Assembly (NCBI GenBank): GCA_951406725.2
Contig: OX597843.1
Coordinates: 8,184,001 to 8,248,000, forward strand
Length of the DNA: 64,000 nt
Reading direction: 5' to 3'
Source of the DNA: Octopus vulgaris
Lineage: Eukaryota
This document shows, one piece after another, positions 1-13,848 of the stretch. Each line of letters begins with the position of its first letter. Position 1 is the first letter of the stretch. A program made the position numbers and the translations under genes. Below the pieces are notes generated by a model. The model was given only the letters and a program-made list of their open reading frames with translations, ran no database searches and was not told the DNA's origin.

Positions 1-422
1 CCCTCTTTGTATTTCTCTCATCATCATTGTCTATCTCTCTCTCTCCCTCTCCCTCTTAATCACCCCCTATCATAATCAACCTATTTTTCAATCTCTCTTA
101 CTCACCCTCTCCATCTCTTTTATGATTACACTCTTTCTCCCTCACATAATCACCTACTCTCTTTCTTTCATAAGCAACTTCCCATAATCACCTTTCTGTA
201 CTCTCTCTCTCTCTCTTTCTTACCATCACTCTCTGTCTCTCATAATCACCATCTCTCTCTCTCTCTTTCCGTTATTACCTTCTGTCTTTCCTTCTCACTC
301 CTTCCTAGACACCTTCTCTCTTGTAATCAACATTTCTCTCTCTCTCTGTCTGTCTGTCTGTCTCTCTCTCTCTGTCTCTCTCTCTCTCTCTCATAATTGC
401 CTTTTTTGTCTCTCATTGGTTC

Positions 423-604
423 CAGGAGTGGCTGTGTGGTAAGTAGCTTGTTTACCAACCACATGGCTCCGGGTTCAGTCCCACTGCGTGGCACCTTGGG
501 CAAGTGTCTTCTACTATAGCCTCGGGCCGACCAAAGCCTTGTGAGCGGATTTGGTAGACGGAAACTGAAAGAAGCCCGTCGTATATATGCATATATATAT
601 ATAT

Positions 605-639
<35 letters not shown>

Positions 640-842
640 TGTGTCTGTGTTTGTCCCCCTAACATCGCTTGACAACCGATACTGGTGTGTTTATGTCCCC
701 GTTACTTAGCAGTTCGGCAAAAGAGAACCGATAGAATAAGTACTGGGCTTACAAAAAGAATAAGTCCCGGGGTCGAGTTGCTCGATTAAAGGTGGTGCTC
801 CAGCATGGCCGCAGTCAAATGACTGAAACAAGTAAAAGAGTA
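423..842 (+). mobile_element. SINE family A, full length (tRNA-like head, internal (TA)n/(TG)n, LINE-derived tail)
   Basis: Head CAGGAGTGGCTGTGTGGTAAG...GGTTCAGTCCC (Pol III A/B-box-like), CORE-like CCTTGGGCAAGT, tail GGTGCTCCAGCATGGCCGCAGTCAAATGACTGAAACAAGTAAAAGAG. Many near-identical copies in the window. Confidence 0.9.
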
Positions 843-949
843 TCTCCCTCCTTCTCCATCGCCCACTCATTCGTACACTCTCTATATCCTTATATATCCG
901 TCTCATTCCAGAAACTAGGACCATTTGGCGGCCAAGCAAGCTTCTTAAC

Positions 950-1118
950 ACGGGCTTCTTTCAGTTTCCGTTAACCAAATCCACTCACAAGGTTTTGATC
1001 GGTCCAAGGATTTAGTACAAGACACATGCCCAAGGTGTCACGCAGTGGGACTGAACCCAGAACCGTATTGTTGGGAAGCAAGCATCTTACCACCTTACCA
1101 CACAGCCACTCCTGCGCC
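950..1118 (-). mobile_element. SINE A 5' module
   Basis: Reverse complement of GGCGCAGGAGTGGCTGTGTGG...GAAAGAAGCCCG. Confidence 0.85.
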
Positions 1119-1157
1119 AATATACACATCATATAGATATAGATAATTCGTTTGAGT

Positions 1158-1447
1158 GGAGGCGCAATGGACCAGTGGTTAGGGCAGCGGACTCGCGGTC
1201 GTGGGATCGCGGTTTCGACGCCCAGACCATGCGTTGTGAGTGTTTATTGAGCGAAAATACCTAAAGCTCCACGAGACCCCGACAGTGAGTGGTGGTGAAC
1301 CCTGTTCTACTCTTTCACCACAACTTTCTCTCACTCTCACTCTCCCTTCCTGTTTCTGTTGTACCTGTATTTCAAAGGGCCAACCTTGTCACACTCTGGT
1401 GTCACGCTGAATCTCCCCGAGAACTACGTTAAGGGGTCCACGTGTCT
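1158..1447 (+). mobile_element. SINE family B (tRNA-derived head), 3'-truncated
   Basis: GGAGGCGCAATGGACCAGTGGTTAGGGCAGCGGACTCGCGGTC...GGTTTCGA head; body matches the copy at 61471-61857. Confidence 0.85.
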
Positions 1448-1588
1448 TTCGCCACCCACGTATTTGCGAAAACACTATGAATGATGAAACTGGATCGAAA
1501 GACGCTTCCGTGTTTGCGTTGTTCTAAGTCACGGTGTGTGTATACATACATACATACATACATACATACATACATACATACATACGTA

Positions 1589-1647
<59 letters not shown>

Positions 1648-1651
<4 letters not shown>

Positions 1652-1856
1652 AATGTGACCTCGTGTGTACCGTTGGCGATTTTTTCCCTCTGTCTTCCCT
1701 TCTCTGGATCTTTCCTTTTCCTATGTTTCTGACAAAGAGCTCCGCTCGAAACGTAAAACCCTCCTTCTTCCCTTCCTTCCTGAGCGTCCAATAATACTAT
1801 ATTTGTTCCACATCCTCGCGTTGTTGTGTTTTCTCTCTGCGTTTTCATGTTTGGAT

Positions 1857-1860
<4 letters not shown>
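1648..1860 (+). mobile_element. Short (TA)n-embedded element with minimal hammerhead-like motif (family H1; Penelope pLTR/retrozyme-like)
   Basis: Also at 6470-6663 and 22028-22240. Motif GTTT-CTGACAA-AGAGC-TCC-GCTC-GAAAC-GTA-AAAC at 1725-1759; flanked by (TA)n on both sides. Confidence 0.65.
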
Positions 1861-1900
<40 letters not shown>

Positions 1901-1914
1901 TAGACAGATAGATG

Positions 1915-1994
<80 letters not shown>

Positions 1995-1995
1995 C

Positions 1996-2116
<121 letters not shown>

Positions 2117-2500
2117 CGACAGGCTTCCTCACGGTTTCCGCCTATCAAATTTAGTCATACAACATCGGTCGGCCTAGAGTTATAGTGCTGCCGTGAAGTG
2201 GGACTGAACCGGAAAACTTGTGATTTTAAAACGAACCTCTTAGCGAAACAAACTTTCCTGCGGCTAATATTAAGTGAAAATACAAGTATTTGTTTTGATA
2301 AGCCAAACAATAAAATCAGAATAAATTTAATATGTACTACGATATGTAGTTTCGTCGAGACATAAATTTTGAAGGTTAGAAGTGAATCTGATATTTGCTT
2401 CCCATTAAAACTGGTATTTAATTTAATATCAATTAGATGAGACCGTAAGCATTTACAATCTGACTTATATGACTATAACTGAGCATATATTTTTCCATTC

Positions 2501-2553
<53 letters not shown>

Positions 2554-2589
2554 GGCTGTGCGCGGCTGAAGAAGGCTATATATATACAA

Positions 2590-2622
<33 letters not shown>

Positions 2623-2720
2623 AAGAGACAGCGAGATAGATAGATAGATAGATGGATAGACAGACAGACAGACAGACAGGCAGGCAGGCAGGCAGGCAGG
2701 TAGATAGATAGATAGATAGC

Positions 2721-2785
<65 letters not shown>

Positions 2786-3380
2786 GGGTAGATAGATAGA
2801 TAGACAATAGGTAGGTAGGTATAAATGAGAGAGGCTTCTTAATGTACAAAGTATATAGTAATGAGCTACTAATAGTTTCATGCATAGGAGATGTTATCTA
2901 GGGCGCATGACTCATATAAGCTACAAATCAGAGATATAACGAGAGAAAACGAGATGTGGGTGGGTTCAAAACGTAGAATGATGAAAATAAAAAAAGAAAG
3001 GGAAAAATAGAAAATAGAACAAATAGAGCTATATGCCCATTGACTGCAAAGTCATATGGTTAGATGTTATAGAATCAACGGGATGGTTCTAGAAACTGCA
3101 AAACAGTTGCTCAGTCCGGTGAGGGTGGGGCTCTCGAAGTTACCAAAAGGAATTTGTCCATATATTTACATGTGCTGAAAATTTCTGATCTGCAGTACAC
3201 TAGTGCACTAGATTTAGAAAGGATATGCGCATACCTTGCTATATAATAATAGATAAATAAAAACAATTGAATTGTCTATCTATCTGTCTGTCTGTCTGTT
3301 TCTGCCTCTCTAAATATGTGTATATACATACACACATAGATATGCAAACATACTTATTCCAATTGCATATATATCATATG

Positions 3381-3432
<52 letters not shown>

Positions 3433-3702
3433 CACATGGATACATACAAGCACACAAAATCATACATATATACATAATAGTTATATACATAGGTTTATAC
3501 ACATGCTTATCTATATTCGACAGTGTGTACATGCGCATGCACGAAGCAACGAAAAAACATTGACAAACAAAAACAAAACAATCGGATATTCAATAAATGA
3601 ATGGAAATTGAACCAGTGTGTGTGTTAATTATATTAGCATGCTGGCTCTCCCTAGACATAACAATGCCTATATATATACTTATCCAGTATATATATATAT
3701 AC

Positions 3703-3778
<76 letters not shown>

Positions 3779-4045
3779 ATGTCTATAAACGCATTTGCCG
3801 CCAATGCAAATCTGTGCAGTGTATAATACTAACTAACATACACATAAAATGCAACGTTGTGCACACGCTTGTATACAGATATTATACATACACCACATAC
3901 ATATAGAGAAATATACGCTCCGGTACATACTTCTATACATAAGCAGAAAATAACCCTTACACACACATACTTCCGTGTCCACAACATGCAATTGTACATA
4001 ATACGTAAATACAGGAACACACACACACACACGTCATACGCGTAT

Positions 4046-4079
<34 letters not shown>

Positions 4080-4187
4080 GTGTGTGTATGTATATACTTA
4101 TATATACTCAACAACCGACAGATACACACGTCTAGATATATTGACAGGCACATAGCATATACACACATAGGGCTAGTATACACACAC

Positions 4188-4252
<65 letters not shown>

Positions 4253-4951
4253 TTATATACGTGCTTACAAATATACATACATATATATTCAAATACATAC
4301 ACACACTGACACAACAGGCGTCCCCCAAACAAACACGCCACACACACACACATTCATACATACATACATATATACATACATATTTATATATATATATACA
4401 TATATATATATACATCCATCCATCCATCCATACATACATATATACATACATACATACATACATACATACATACAGATATACATACATATATATATATATA
4501 TATACATACATACACACACATATATTTAAATACATACACACACTGAGACAACAGGATCCCCCCCAAACACACACGCCACACACACACATACACATATACA
4601 TACACATCCAAAATACGGAATCACATCGGCTGCTTCTAATTTATATCTCTCAGTTAGATTTACAATCAATCCCCCGTTTGCCTTCCTTCCTTTTATCCTG
4701 TGAAATTATGGCGGGAATGGAGACAACATGGCGGCGAGGACAGGGAGACGGGCTGGGTGACTGATTGATTTTGTTTGGTTTGGGCTGGGTGTGGGTGTTG
4801 TAGGTTGGTGCGGACTGATAGAGACGAAGGTATGTAGGTTTGTGTGTGTGTATGTGTGAGTGCATGTCTGTGTGTGTGGATGTTCCTGTGTGTATGTGTG
4901 ACTGTGTGTGTGTGCGTGTTGTTTTGTGAGTGTAGATGCACAGAGATAGGC

Positions 4952-4994
<43 letters not shown>

Positions 4995-5127
4995 AAGAGA
5001 AAGAAAGAGAAATAGAGAGAGGGAAAAAAAAAGATAGAGAGAGGACAGTATACATGTATCTATCTTGCTATATCTAGTGTGATAGATGGATAGATAGACA
5101 GATAGATAGAGATAGATAGATAGGGAG

Positions 5128-5220
<93 letters not shown>

Positions 5221-5241
5221 CATAGATAGATACATAGATAC

Positions 5242-5321
<80 letters not shown>

Positions 5322-5325
5322 GTGA

Positions 5326-5370
<45 letters not shown>

Positions 5371-5509
5371 CAGACAGATAGATAGATAGATGAATAGATA
5401 GATAGATAGACAGATAGATAGATAGATAGGTACGTAGGTTAACCGATAGATACATGGATGTATATACATACATACATGCATACATATAGAGCTACGTGTG
5501 TGTATGTGC

Positions 5510-5563
<54 letters not shown>

Positions 5564-5633
5564 TATACATATATGTATGTATGCATGTAAGTATATAAAT
5601 AAATATATATATATATGTATGTATGCATGTAAG

Positions 5634-5685
<52 letters not shown>

Positions 5686-5689
5686 TATA

Positions 5690-6400
5690 TGGGAACAGGC
5701 CATCACAAAACGTAAACAACATGAAATGTGAAAACAGCAAAAAATACGAAGGCAAACTTCGGAATGCGAACAACGTGAGGAACAAATGGAAAACAGGACA
5801 AGTAACATAAAGAACGACCCTTCATCAGTTGCTGGCTGTTCAACTACTCCACATTTCGAGCAATTAACGAGAATATGAGGCTTCGAAAGGCAGTTGCTCC
5901 CGCGAACGAAAATAACATTTGGGATTTTGCCTAGGGTTAAAGATGGTAACAAAGACAGGACAATGGAGACATACAACAACCCACACGAAAACAAACAAGG
6001 AGGACTGTTAGGCCAGACGAGGTAAGGTAGCGAATGCTGGAGAAATATTGTCTTTGACAGGAGAAAAGATAGAAAAGGAGACAGATATGAATCCGTCTGG
6101 TCTGTGCGACAGACTGAAGAAAAAAAACGATAAGTACGCGAGGTAAAGAAAGATGAACGATGGTCACGTGTGAGCAACGCGAGATAGAGAGTAAAGGAGA
6201 AAGATGGTCAGAGAGAGACAGAAAACGGTGAAGGGGAGAAAAAGATTGAGAGAAAGGATAAGGGAGAGAAGAACGGAAGTGGGGGAATTAAAGAAAGGAA
6301 GAGAGAGAACACGAAAGGGGGAGAGAGAGAGCAGTACAGGGTAGAGTCGCATCAAAATTATTAAGATAAACTTACTTGGAAATGGATGCGTGGTGCTCAA
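5690..6400. repeat. Unclassified interspersed repeat embedded in (TA)n; partial second copy at 6840-6945
   Basis: AAAACGTAAACAACATGAAAT...AAATACGAAGGCAAACTT..ATGCGAACAACG shared between 5705-5780 and 6857-6930. Confidence 0.55.
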
Positions 6401-6415
6401 TCATATAATAATATA

Positions 6416-6469
<54 letters not shown>

Positions 6470-6663
6470 AGTTAATCCAAACATGAAAACACAACAACGC
6501 GAGGACGTGGAACAAATATAGTATTATTGGACGCTCAGGAAGGAAGGGAAGAAGGAGGGTTTAACGTTTCGAGCGGAGCTCTTCGTTGGAAACATAGAAG
6601 AAGGAAAGATCCAGAGAAGGAAAGACAGAGGAAACAAATCGCCAACGGTACACACGAGGTCAC
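6470..6663 (-). mobile_element. Family H1 element, copy 2
   Basis: Reverse complement of 1648-1860; motif GTTT-CCAACGA-AGAGCTCCGCTC-GAAAC-GTT-AAAC at 6559-6593. Confidence 0.65.
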
Positions 6664-6712
<49 letters not shown>

Positions 6713-6721
6713 TATATATAC

Positions 6722-6832
<111 letters not shown>

Positions 6833-6959
6833 TGCATATACGGGTAGACGATGACAAAAAACGTAAACAACATGAAATACGTAAACAACAAGAAATACGA
6901 AGGCAAACTTGGGTATGCGAACAACGAGAGAAACAAAATGGAAAAGGTCAGCCATATCA

Positions 6960-7105
6960 GACTCTGCGTCACGCTGAATCTCACTCAGTACTACGTTAAT
7001 GGTAGACCTATCTGTGGAGTACTCAGCCAGTAGTCTCTTAATTTCACGGGCAGCCTGTTCCGTTTGGTCAGATCAACTGCAAAAGTCTTCGCCGTAACTA
7101 ACACC
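6960..7105 (+). mobile_element. SINE B 3' tail fragment, diverged
   Basis: GTCACGCTGAATCTC...CTACGTTAA...TCTGTGGAGTACTCAGCCA...AATTTCACGGGCAGCCTGTTCCGTT matches 61700-61850. Confidence 0.7.
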
Positions 7106-7112
7106 CTTGTTG

Positions 7113-7161
<49 letters not shown>

Positions 7162-7563
7162 TGGATTGTGTGTATGTATGTGTGACTTTTGTGTGTGTGT
7201 GTGTACAAACACATTTATATATACATTTATATATACACACATATATATATATATGTATGTATACTGCAAACTAAGAACTCAGGTACGTTGAAAGCTGCTT
7301 CACGTATCTTTATATACAGGCACCTTAGCTCTATGACTAACTGCATTTCTACCTCTACGTGTATATATATATATATATACATAGAGAGAGAGAGAGAGAG
7401 TAAGAGGGAAGGAGGGAGGGAGAGACGGAGGAAGAGACACAGTGAGAAAGAAGCCTTTATGTATCTGTGTGTGCCTGTATACACGTATGTCTGTATAAAA
7501 TCGTCATATATGTGTGTGTGTGCATATATATATGTATATAGTGAGTGTATGTGTGTATATGTA

Positions 7564-7614
<51 letters not shown>

Positions 7615-7669
7615 ATATGCATATATATATGTATATATATATGTATGTATCTATCTATACGTATATATA

Positions 7670-7863
<194 letters not shown>

Positions 7864-8196
7864 TATATGTGTGTGTGTACTTGTGTATCTGCTTGCGTAT
7901 GTGTGTGTGTCTATTGGCGCTTGTGTGCGCATGTCGTTGGCATGCATGTGACCGGGCAACAAACGGAAGCAGCAAGCCAGCAGATCGTTAGGAGTAGCGG
8001 GAAGAGGAGACGGGGGGGAAAGGGAAAGAAGCAGGAGGAGTAGAATAAAGAGAGAGAGAGAGAGATGGAGAGATGGCGGAGATATAACGAAGAGAGAGAG
8101 GGGAGAGGACAAGTGTAAAGAGAGGCAGTAGAAAAAAAATTTGGGGGATGGGGGAATTAGAAGGGGAAAAGAAAAGGTTTGAGTAATTGTATGAAG

Positions 8197-8227
<31 letters not shown>

Positions 8228-8269
8228 CGACAATGATGATGATGATGATGGTGATCATGATGATGATGG

Positions 8270-8345
<76 letters not shown>

Positions 8346-8539
8346 GGGGATGGTGATGATGATGATGATGATGATGATGATGGCGATGGTGATGGTGATG
8401 ATGATGATGATTATGTAATGATGGAGAGGTTGGGGAGGAGGTTGAAGTGGAGGCGGAGTATGTTCGGAAGGAAATAGGAAGGAAATATGAAGGAAATTGA
8501 ATGAAAGTAGGAAGGAAGAGATAAGTATGTTTTTTTTAA

Positions 8540-8669
8540 ACAAGTTCTCTATAAACAGAGAGAGAGAGAGAGAGGGTGAGAGATGGACCAAGCGAGAGAG
8601 ACGGAGATATAAGGAGAAAGAGGGCGGTAAAGGAAGAAAGAGAGAGCGTGAATAAAAAAGTGAGGTTAT

Positions 8670-8759
<90 letters not shown>

Positions 8760-9631
8760 AAGAGGGAAAAGAAGAGTGACATGGGAGAGAAAGAGAGATA
8801 GAGAGAGAGAGAGGGTGAGAGAGAGAGGGTGAGAGAGAGAGAGAGAAGGAGACATAAGGAGAAAGAAGGCAGAAAAGGAAGAGAGAGAGAGAACGTGAAT
8901 AAAAAAGTGAGGTTATATAAGAATGAGGACGAATGAAAGAGAGGTTATGTAAGAGAGAGAGAGAGAGAGAGAAAGAAAGAAAGAGGGAAAGGAAGAGAGA
9001 CATAGGAGAAAAAGAGAGATATAGAGAGAGCGAGAGAAGAAATTATGAAAGAGAGAGAAACAGAGATATGGAGAGAGGAGGGCAAGTAGGGATGGAGAAA
9101 GCGAGAGAGAGAGAGAGAGTGAAAGAGAGAGGATGAGAGAGACAGGGTGATGGAGGCAGTGAGAGAGAGAGAGGTTGAGAGAGATGGACCAAGCGAGAGA
9201 GAAAGAGACATAAGGAGAAAGAAGGTGGAAAAGGAAGAGAGAGAAAAAGAGAGAAAGAAAGAGAGAGAGAGAGAGAGAGAGAACGTGAATAAAAAAGTGA
9301 GGTTATGTAAGAATGAGAGAGGGCGAATGAAGGAGAGGTTATGTAAGAGAAAGAGAGAGAGAGAAAGAGGGAAAGGAAAAGAGACATAGGAGATAAAGAG
9401 AGAGCGAGAGAAGAAGAGGTTATGGAAGAGAGAGAAACAGAGATATGGAGAGAGAGGGGAAAATAGGGATGGAGAAAGCGAGAGAGACAGACAGAGAGAG
9501 AGAAAGAGAGAGATGGACCAATCGAGAGAGAAGGAGACATAAGGAGAAAGAGGGCGGAAAAGTAAGAGAGAGAGATCGTGAATAAAAAATGTGAGGTTAT
9601 ATAAGAATGAGGACGAATGAAAGAGAGGTTA

Positions 9632-9680
<49 letters not shown>

Positions 9681-9930
9681 AAGAGGGAAAGGATGAGAGA
9701 CATAGGAGAGAAAGAGAGATAAAGAAAGAGCGAGAGAAGAAGAGGTTATAGAAGTGAGAGAAATAGAGATATGGAAAGAGAGAGGAAAATAGCGATGGAG
9801 AAAGCGAGAGAGAGTGAGAGAGAGAGGGAGAGTTAGAGGGATTATGTAACACAGAGAAAGAGTGATACTGGAAGAGAGAGAGCAGGAGAAAAAAGAGAGA
9901 GCAAGATAGAGAGAGAGAGAGAGAGGGAGA
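8540..9930. repeat. Polypurine (GA)n field with higher-order repeated cassettes
   Basis: GAATAAAAAAGTGAGGTTAT near 8650, 8897, 9287, 9580; GATGGACCAAGCGAGAGAG near 8582, 9183, 9512. Confidence 0.85.
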
Positions 9931-10248
9931 GACTATATACCTATGAGGGATAAGTAGGAATGTGTGTGTTCGTGTATTTGTGTGTGTGAGAGAGAGTGTG
10001 TGTGTCCATATCAGTATGTGTGCAGCGGTTCTGGTACTATCGGTGTGTGTGCGTGTACAATTGTATGTATGTGTGTGTGTGTGTATACAAACGTAAAGAG
10101 CAATATTTTGTATGTGACAGTAACTGTGTGAATGTTTGAGCATTTAAAAATACACATGCACACACACATATGTATATATATATACCATGCTCCCCTGTGA
10201 CTGTATATATATATATATATACACATATATATATATATATATATATAC

Positions 10249-10282
<34 letters not shown>

Positions 10283-10340
10283 ACACATGTATATTTACAT
10301 ACATATATATATATACATATATATATATATAAATAAATAA

Positions 10341-10394
<54 letters not shown>

Positions 10395-10396
<2 letters not shown>

Positions 10397-10525
10397 GGAG
10401 AATTCACGAAAAAAAGACGAAGACAGGTGGTGTACAAAACAAACAGATGTATTAGTATAACGCTCGGGAATTTAAAAAGTCTTCTACGTTTCGAGCCTAC
10501 CCTCTTCCGCAGAAAGGAACGCAGA
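10395..10525 (-). mobile_element. Family H2 (TA)n-embedded element with hammerhead-like motif
   Basis: Minus strand CTTT-CTGCGGA-AGAGG-GTAG-GCTC-GAAAC-GTA-GAAG (10481-10516); homologous to 49510-49650. Confidence 0.55.
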
Positions 10526-10549
10526 ATATATATATATATACATATTTAT

Positions 10550-10619
<70 letters not shown>

Positions 10620-10949
10620 TTGTATATATATATATATATATACAGAGGGAGATTGTAGCTGAGAGTATGTAACAGAATGCTTGAGTCTATACGCCTAGGT
10701 GCGTGTATATTATCAGTGTATAAACGGAAAGAGCGAGATGTTGTATAAGGTACATAGAAATGTATTTACATGCATGTGTGTGTATGTGTCAATGAATAAA
10801 TATATATAAGGATGTATATAGATTAATATATACAGTCAGGCGCAATATAAAACCATAAAGGAAAAATCTAATGGCCCCAACTTGTGGCTGAGGGTACCGA
10901 AGCACCAATATCGTTAGAAATAAGAACTATATTCTTTTATATTTTTTTT

Positions 10950-11171
10950 GTTCTTTTACTTCTTTTGAGTCATGTGACTGCGGCCATGCTAGAGCACTGC
11001 CTTTCAGTCGAATAAATCGAACCCCGGCTAATTCTTTGTGAGCCTAGTACTTATTCCATAGGTCTCTTTTTGCCAAACCGTGAAGTTACTGGGACGTAAA
11101 CACACCGACGTCGGTTGTCAAGTGATAATGGGGAGGACAATCGCAGACCCACAAATAACAAATAACAAATA

Positions 11172-11219
<48 letters not shown>

Positions 11220-11392
11220 TATATATACATATATATATATATACGATGGTCTTCTTTCAGTTTCCGTATACCAAATCCAATCACAAGGCTTTGGTCAGCC
11301 CCGAAGCTATAGTAGAAGACACTTGCCCAATATTCCACGCAGTAGGACTGAACCCAGAACCATGTGGTTGGGAAGCAAGCTTCCCACCACAG
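10950..11392 (-). mobile_element. SINE A, diverged
   Basis: Reverse complement of the A head, internal SSR and tail. Confidence 0.85.
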
Positions 11393-11399
11393 TCACGCC

Positions 11400-12890
11400 A
11401 AGTGCAACAACAACATTGCCACCATAACCACCGGCTACCATCACCACAACCTGCAACAACAACGTAAACTACCCCCACATCAATGCATACCACCGCCGCC
11501 ATATAACACCACCACCAGCAGCAACTCTGCAAAAACAGAATCGCAGGAGGCCAATACTCTCCCTTTCATCATCACCACCCCTACCACAACCTCTACTACA
11601 ACTGGTACTACCATTACATACCACCACCACTACAACTACAACCACCGTCACAACCATCCCCATAACCAATGACGTATACCATCACAAACACCAGAGCGAC
11701 CACCACCGCCACCACTATCTCAAAAATACGAACTCACGACCGCCATCAATACTCGCACCACCACCCACCCACCACCACTACTAATACCTCTGTGTCCACC
11801 AATACCACTCCACCACCACGGCTAACATCACCAACCACCCATACACCATTCGCTACCAAACCACCACATGACACTATCGCCACCACCACCACCACCACCG
11901 TCACTGAAGTGCAAAGCAAGAAGCAAGGACTACCATCAATGCTTTCATCACCACCGCCACAACCACCGCCACCGCCACCACCTCCACCGCCACCATCGTC
12001 ACCGCCACCATCGCCACCGCCGGAACCATCGCTGCCGTCACCTCCACCTCCATCACCACCACCACGAAAGCGCAAAACAAGAACCAGCGACTACGCTCAA
12101 TGCTTTCACCGGCGCCACCACTACCACAAGCCCCAACACCACCATCACAAGCACCGCCACCACCACAAGCAACGCCACCACTACCACCACCACCACCACC
12201 ACCACCACCGCCTCCACCGCTAGAACAACCCCCACCAACACCGCCGCCGCCGCAAAAACACAAAACAAGAACCTAGAACTACCATCATCAATGCTCACAC
12301 CACCATCACAACCACCACCACATGCACCACCACATGCACCACCACCACCACCACATGCACCACCACCACCACCACATGCACCACCACCACCACCACAACC
12401 ACCGCCAACACCACAACCACCGCCACCACCACCAGCAACGCCACCACCACAAGCCCCGCCACCACCACCACAAGCACCGCCACCACCATCACAAGCACCG
12501 CCACCACCAGAACCACCACCATCACCTCCACCGCTAGAACCACCTCCACCTCCACCAACACCGCCGACACCGCCGCCGCAAAAACACAAAACAAGAACCT
12601 AGAACTACCATCATCAATGCCTCTCAAAACCACCACCACCACCACCTCCACCACCAACACCACCACCACCACCACCAGAACTACCACCACCTCCACCGCT
12701 AGAACCACCTCCACCAACACCACCGCCGCCGCCGCCGCAAAAACACAAAACAAGAACCTAGAACTACCATCATCAATGCCTCTCACAACCACCACCATAA
12801 CCACCACCAAACCACCACCACCACCACCACCACCACCACCACCACCACCACCACCACCCACCCCCACCCCCCCACCACCACCATTCGTTA
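11400..12890. repeat. (ACC)n field with a recurrent ~45-nt cassette
   Basis: GCAAAAACACAAAACAAGAACCTAGAACTACCATCATCAATGC near 12252, 12578, 12737; diverged versions near 11909 and 12064. Confidence 0.85.
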
Positions 12891-12989
12891 CCAAACAATA
12901 TGAAAGAACTCAGCCTGTCTTTGAAATCAATGAAAGAATTAGAAAACCTAAACAAATATTGTTTCAAACGACCACGAATTTCAGACAAT

Positions 12990-13090
12990 CCCTTTCTGCT
13001 TTTCACTTCCGGTCGAAAGCTTCCGGTCGCCATCTTCGTTTTTCTAATTTTCGCTAGAGTTTCCCTTCTTTGTGCCGTCGACTATTCTCT
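12990..13090. promoter_or_regulatory. Candidate cis-regulatory island (2x ETS + YY1/Pho motif)
   Basis: ACTTCCGGT 13005-13013, GCTTCCGGT 13019-13027 and CGCCATCTT 13028-13036 in unique sequence between SSR fields. Confidence 0.4.
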
Positions 13091-13355
13091 CGTTATTATT
13101 ATCACTACTACTACCACCACGACTACTACGACTACTACTACTGCTACTACTACTATTACTACTACTACTACTACTACTACTATTACTACTACTACAACTA
13201 CTATTATTACTACTACTAGGACTACTACTACCACCACCACCACCACCACCACCACCACCACCAGTACTACTACTGCTGCTACTACTACTGCTGCCTTTAT
13301 CCTCATCGTCATTATCATCATCACCAGCATTACTATTTATTTTTTCTCTGACGTA

Positions 13356-13389
<34 letters not shown>

Positions 13390-13427
13390 CATTATTATTA
13401 TTATCATTATTATTATTATTATTGTTA

Positions 13428-13486
<59 letters not shown>

Positions 13487-13511
13487 GTTATCATTATTAT
13501 TATTATTATTA

Positions 13512-13554
<43 letters not shown>

Positions 13555-13598
13555 CATTATTATTATTATTATTGTTATCATTATTATTATTATTATTA

Positions 13599-13641
<43 letters not shown>

Positions 13642-13721
13642 CATTATTATCATTATTATTATTATTATTATTATTTTCATTATTATTATTATTATTGTTA
13701 TCATTATTATTATTATTATTA

Positions 13722-13767
<46 letters not shown>

Positions 13768-13805
13768 CATTATTATTATTATCATTATTATTATTATTAT
13801 TATTA

Positions 13806-13848
<43 letters not shown>

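Noticed and set aside
327-665. Recurrent ORFs such as [29 protein letters not shown]
   Set aside because: Antisense translations of SINE A, repeated at every copy.
5810-5830. CTGATGAAGGG on the minus strand as a hammerhead
   Set aside because: No correctly placed stem II/GAAA/UH found.
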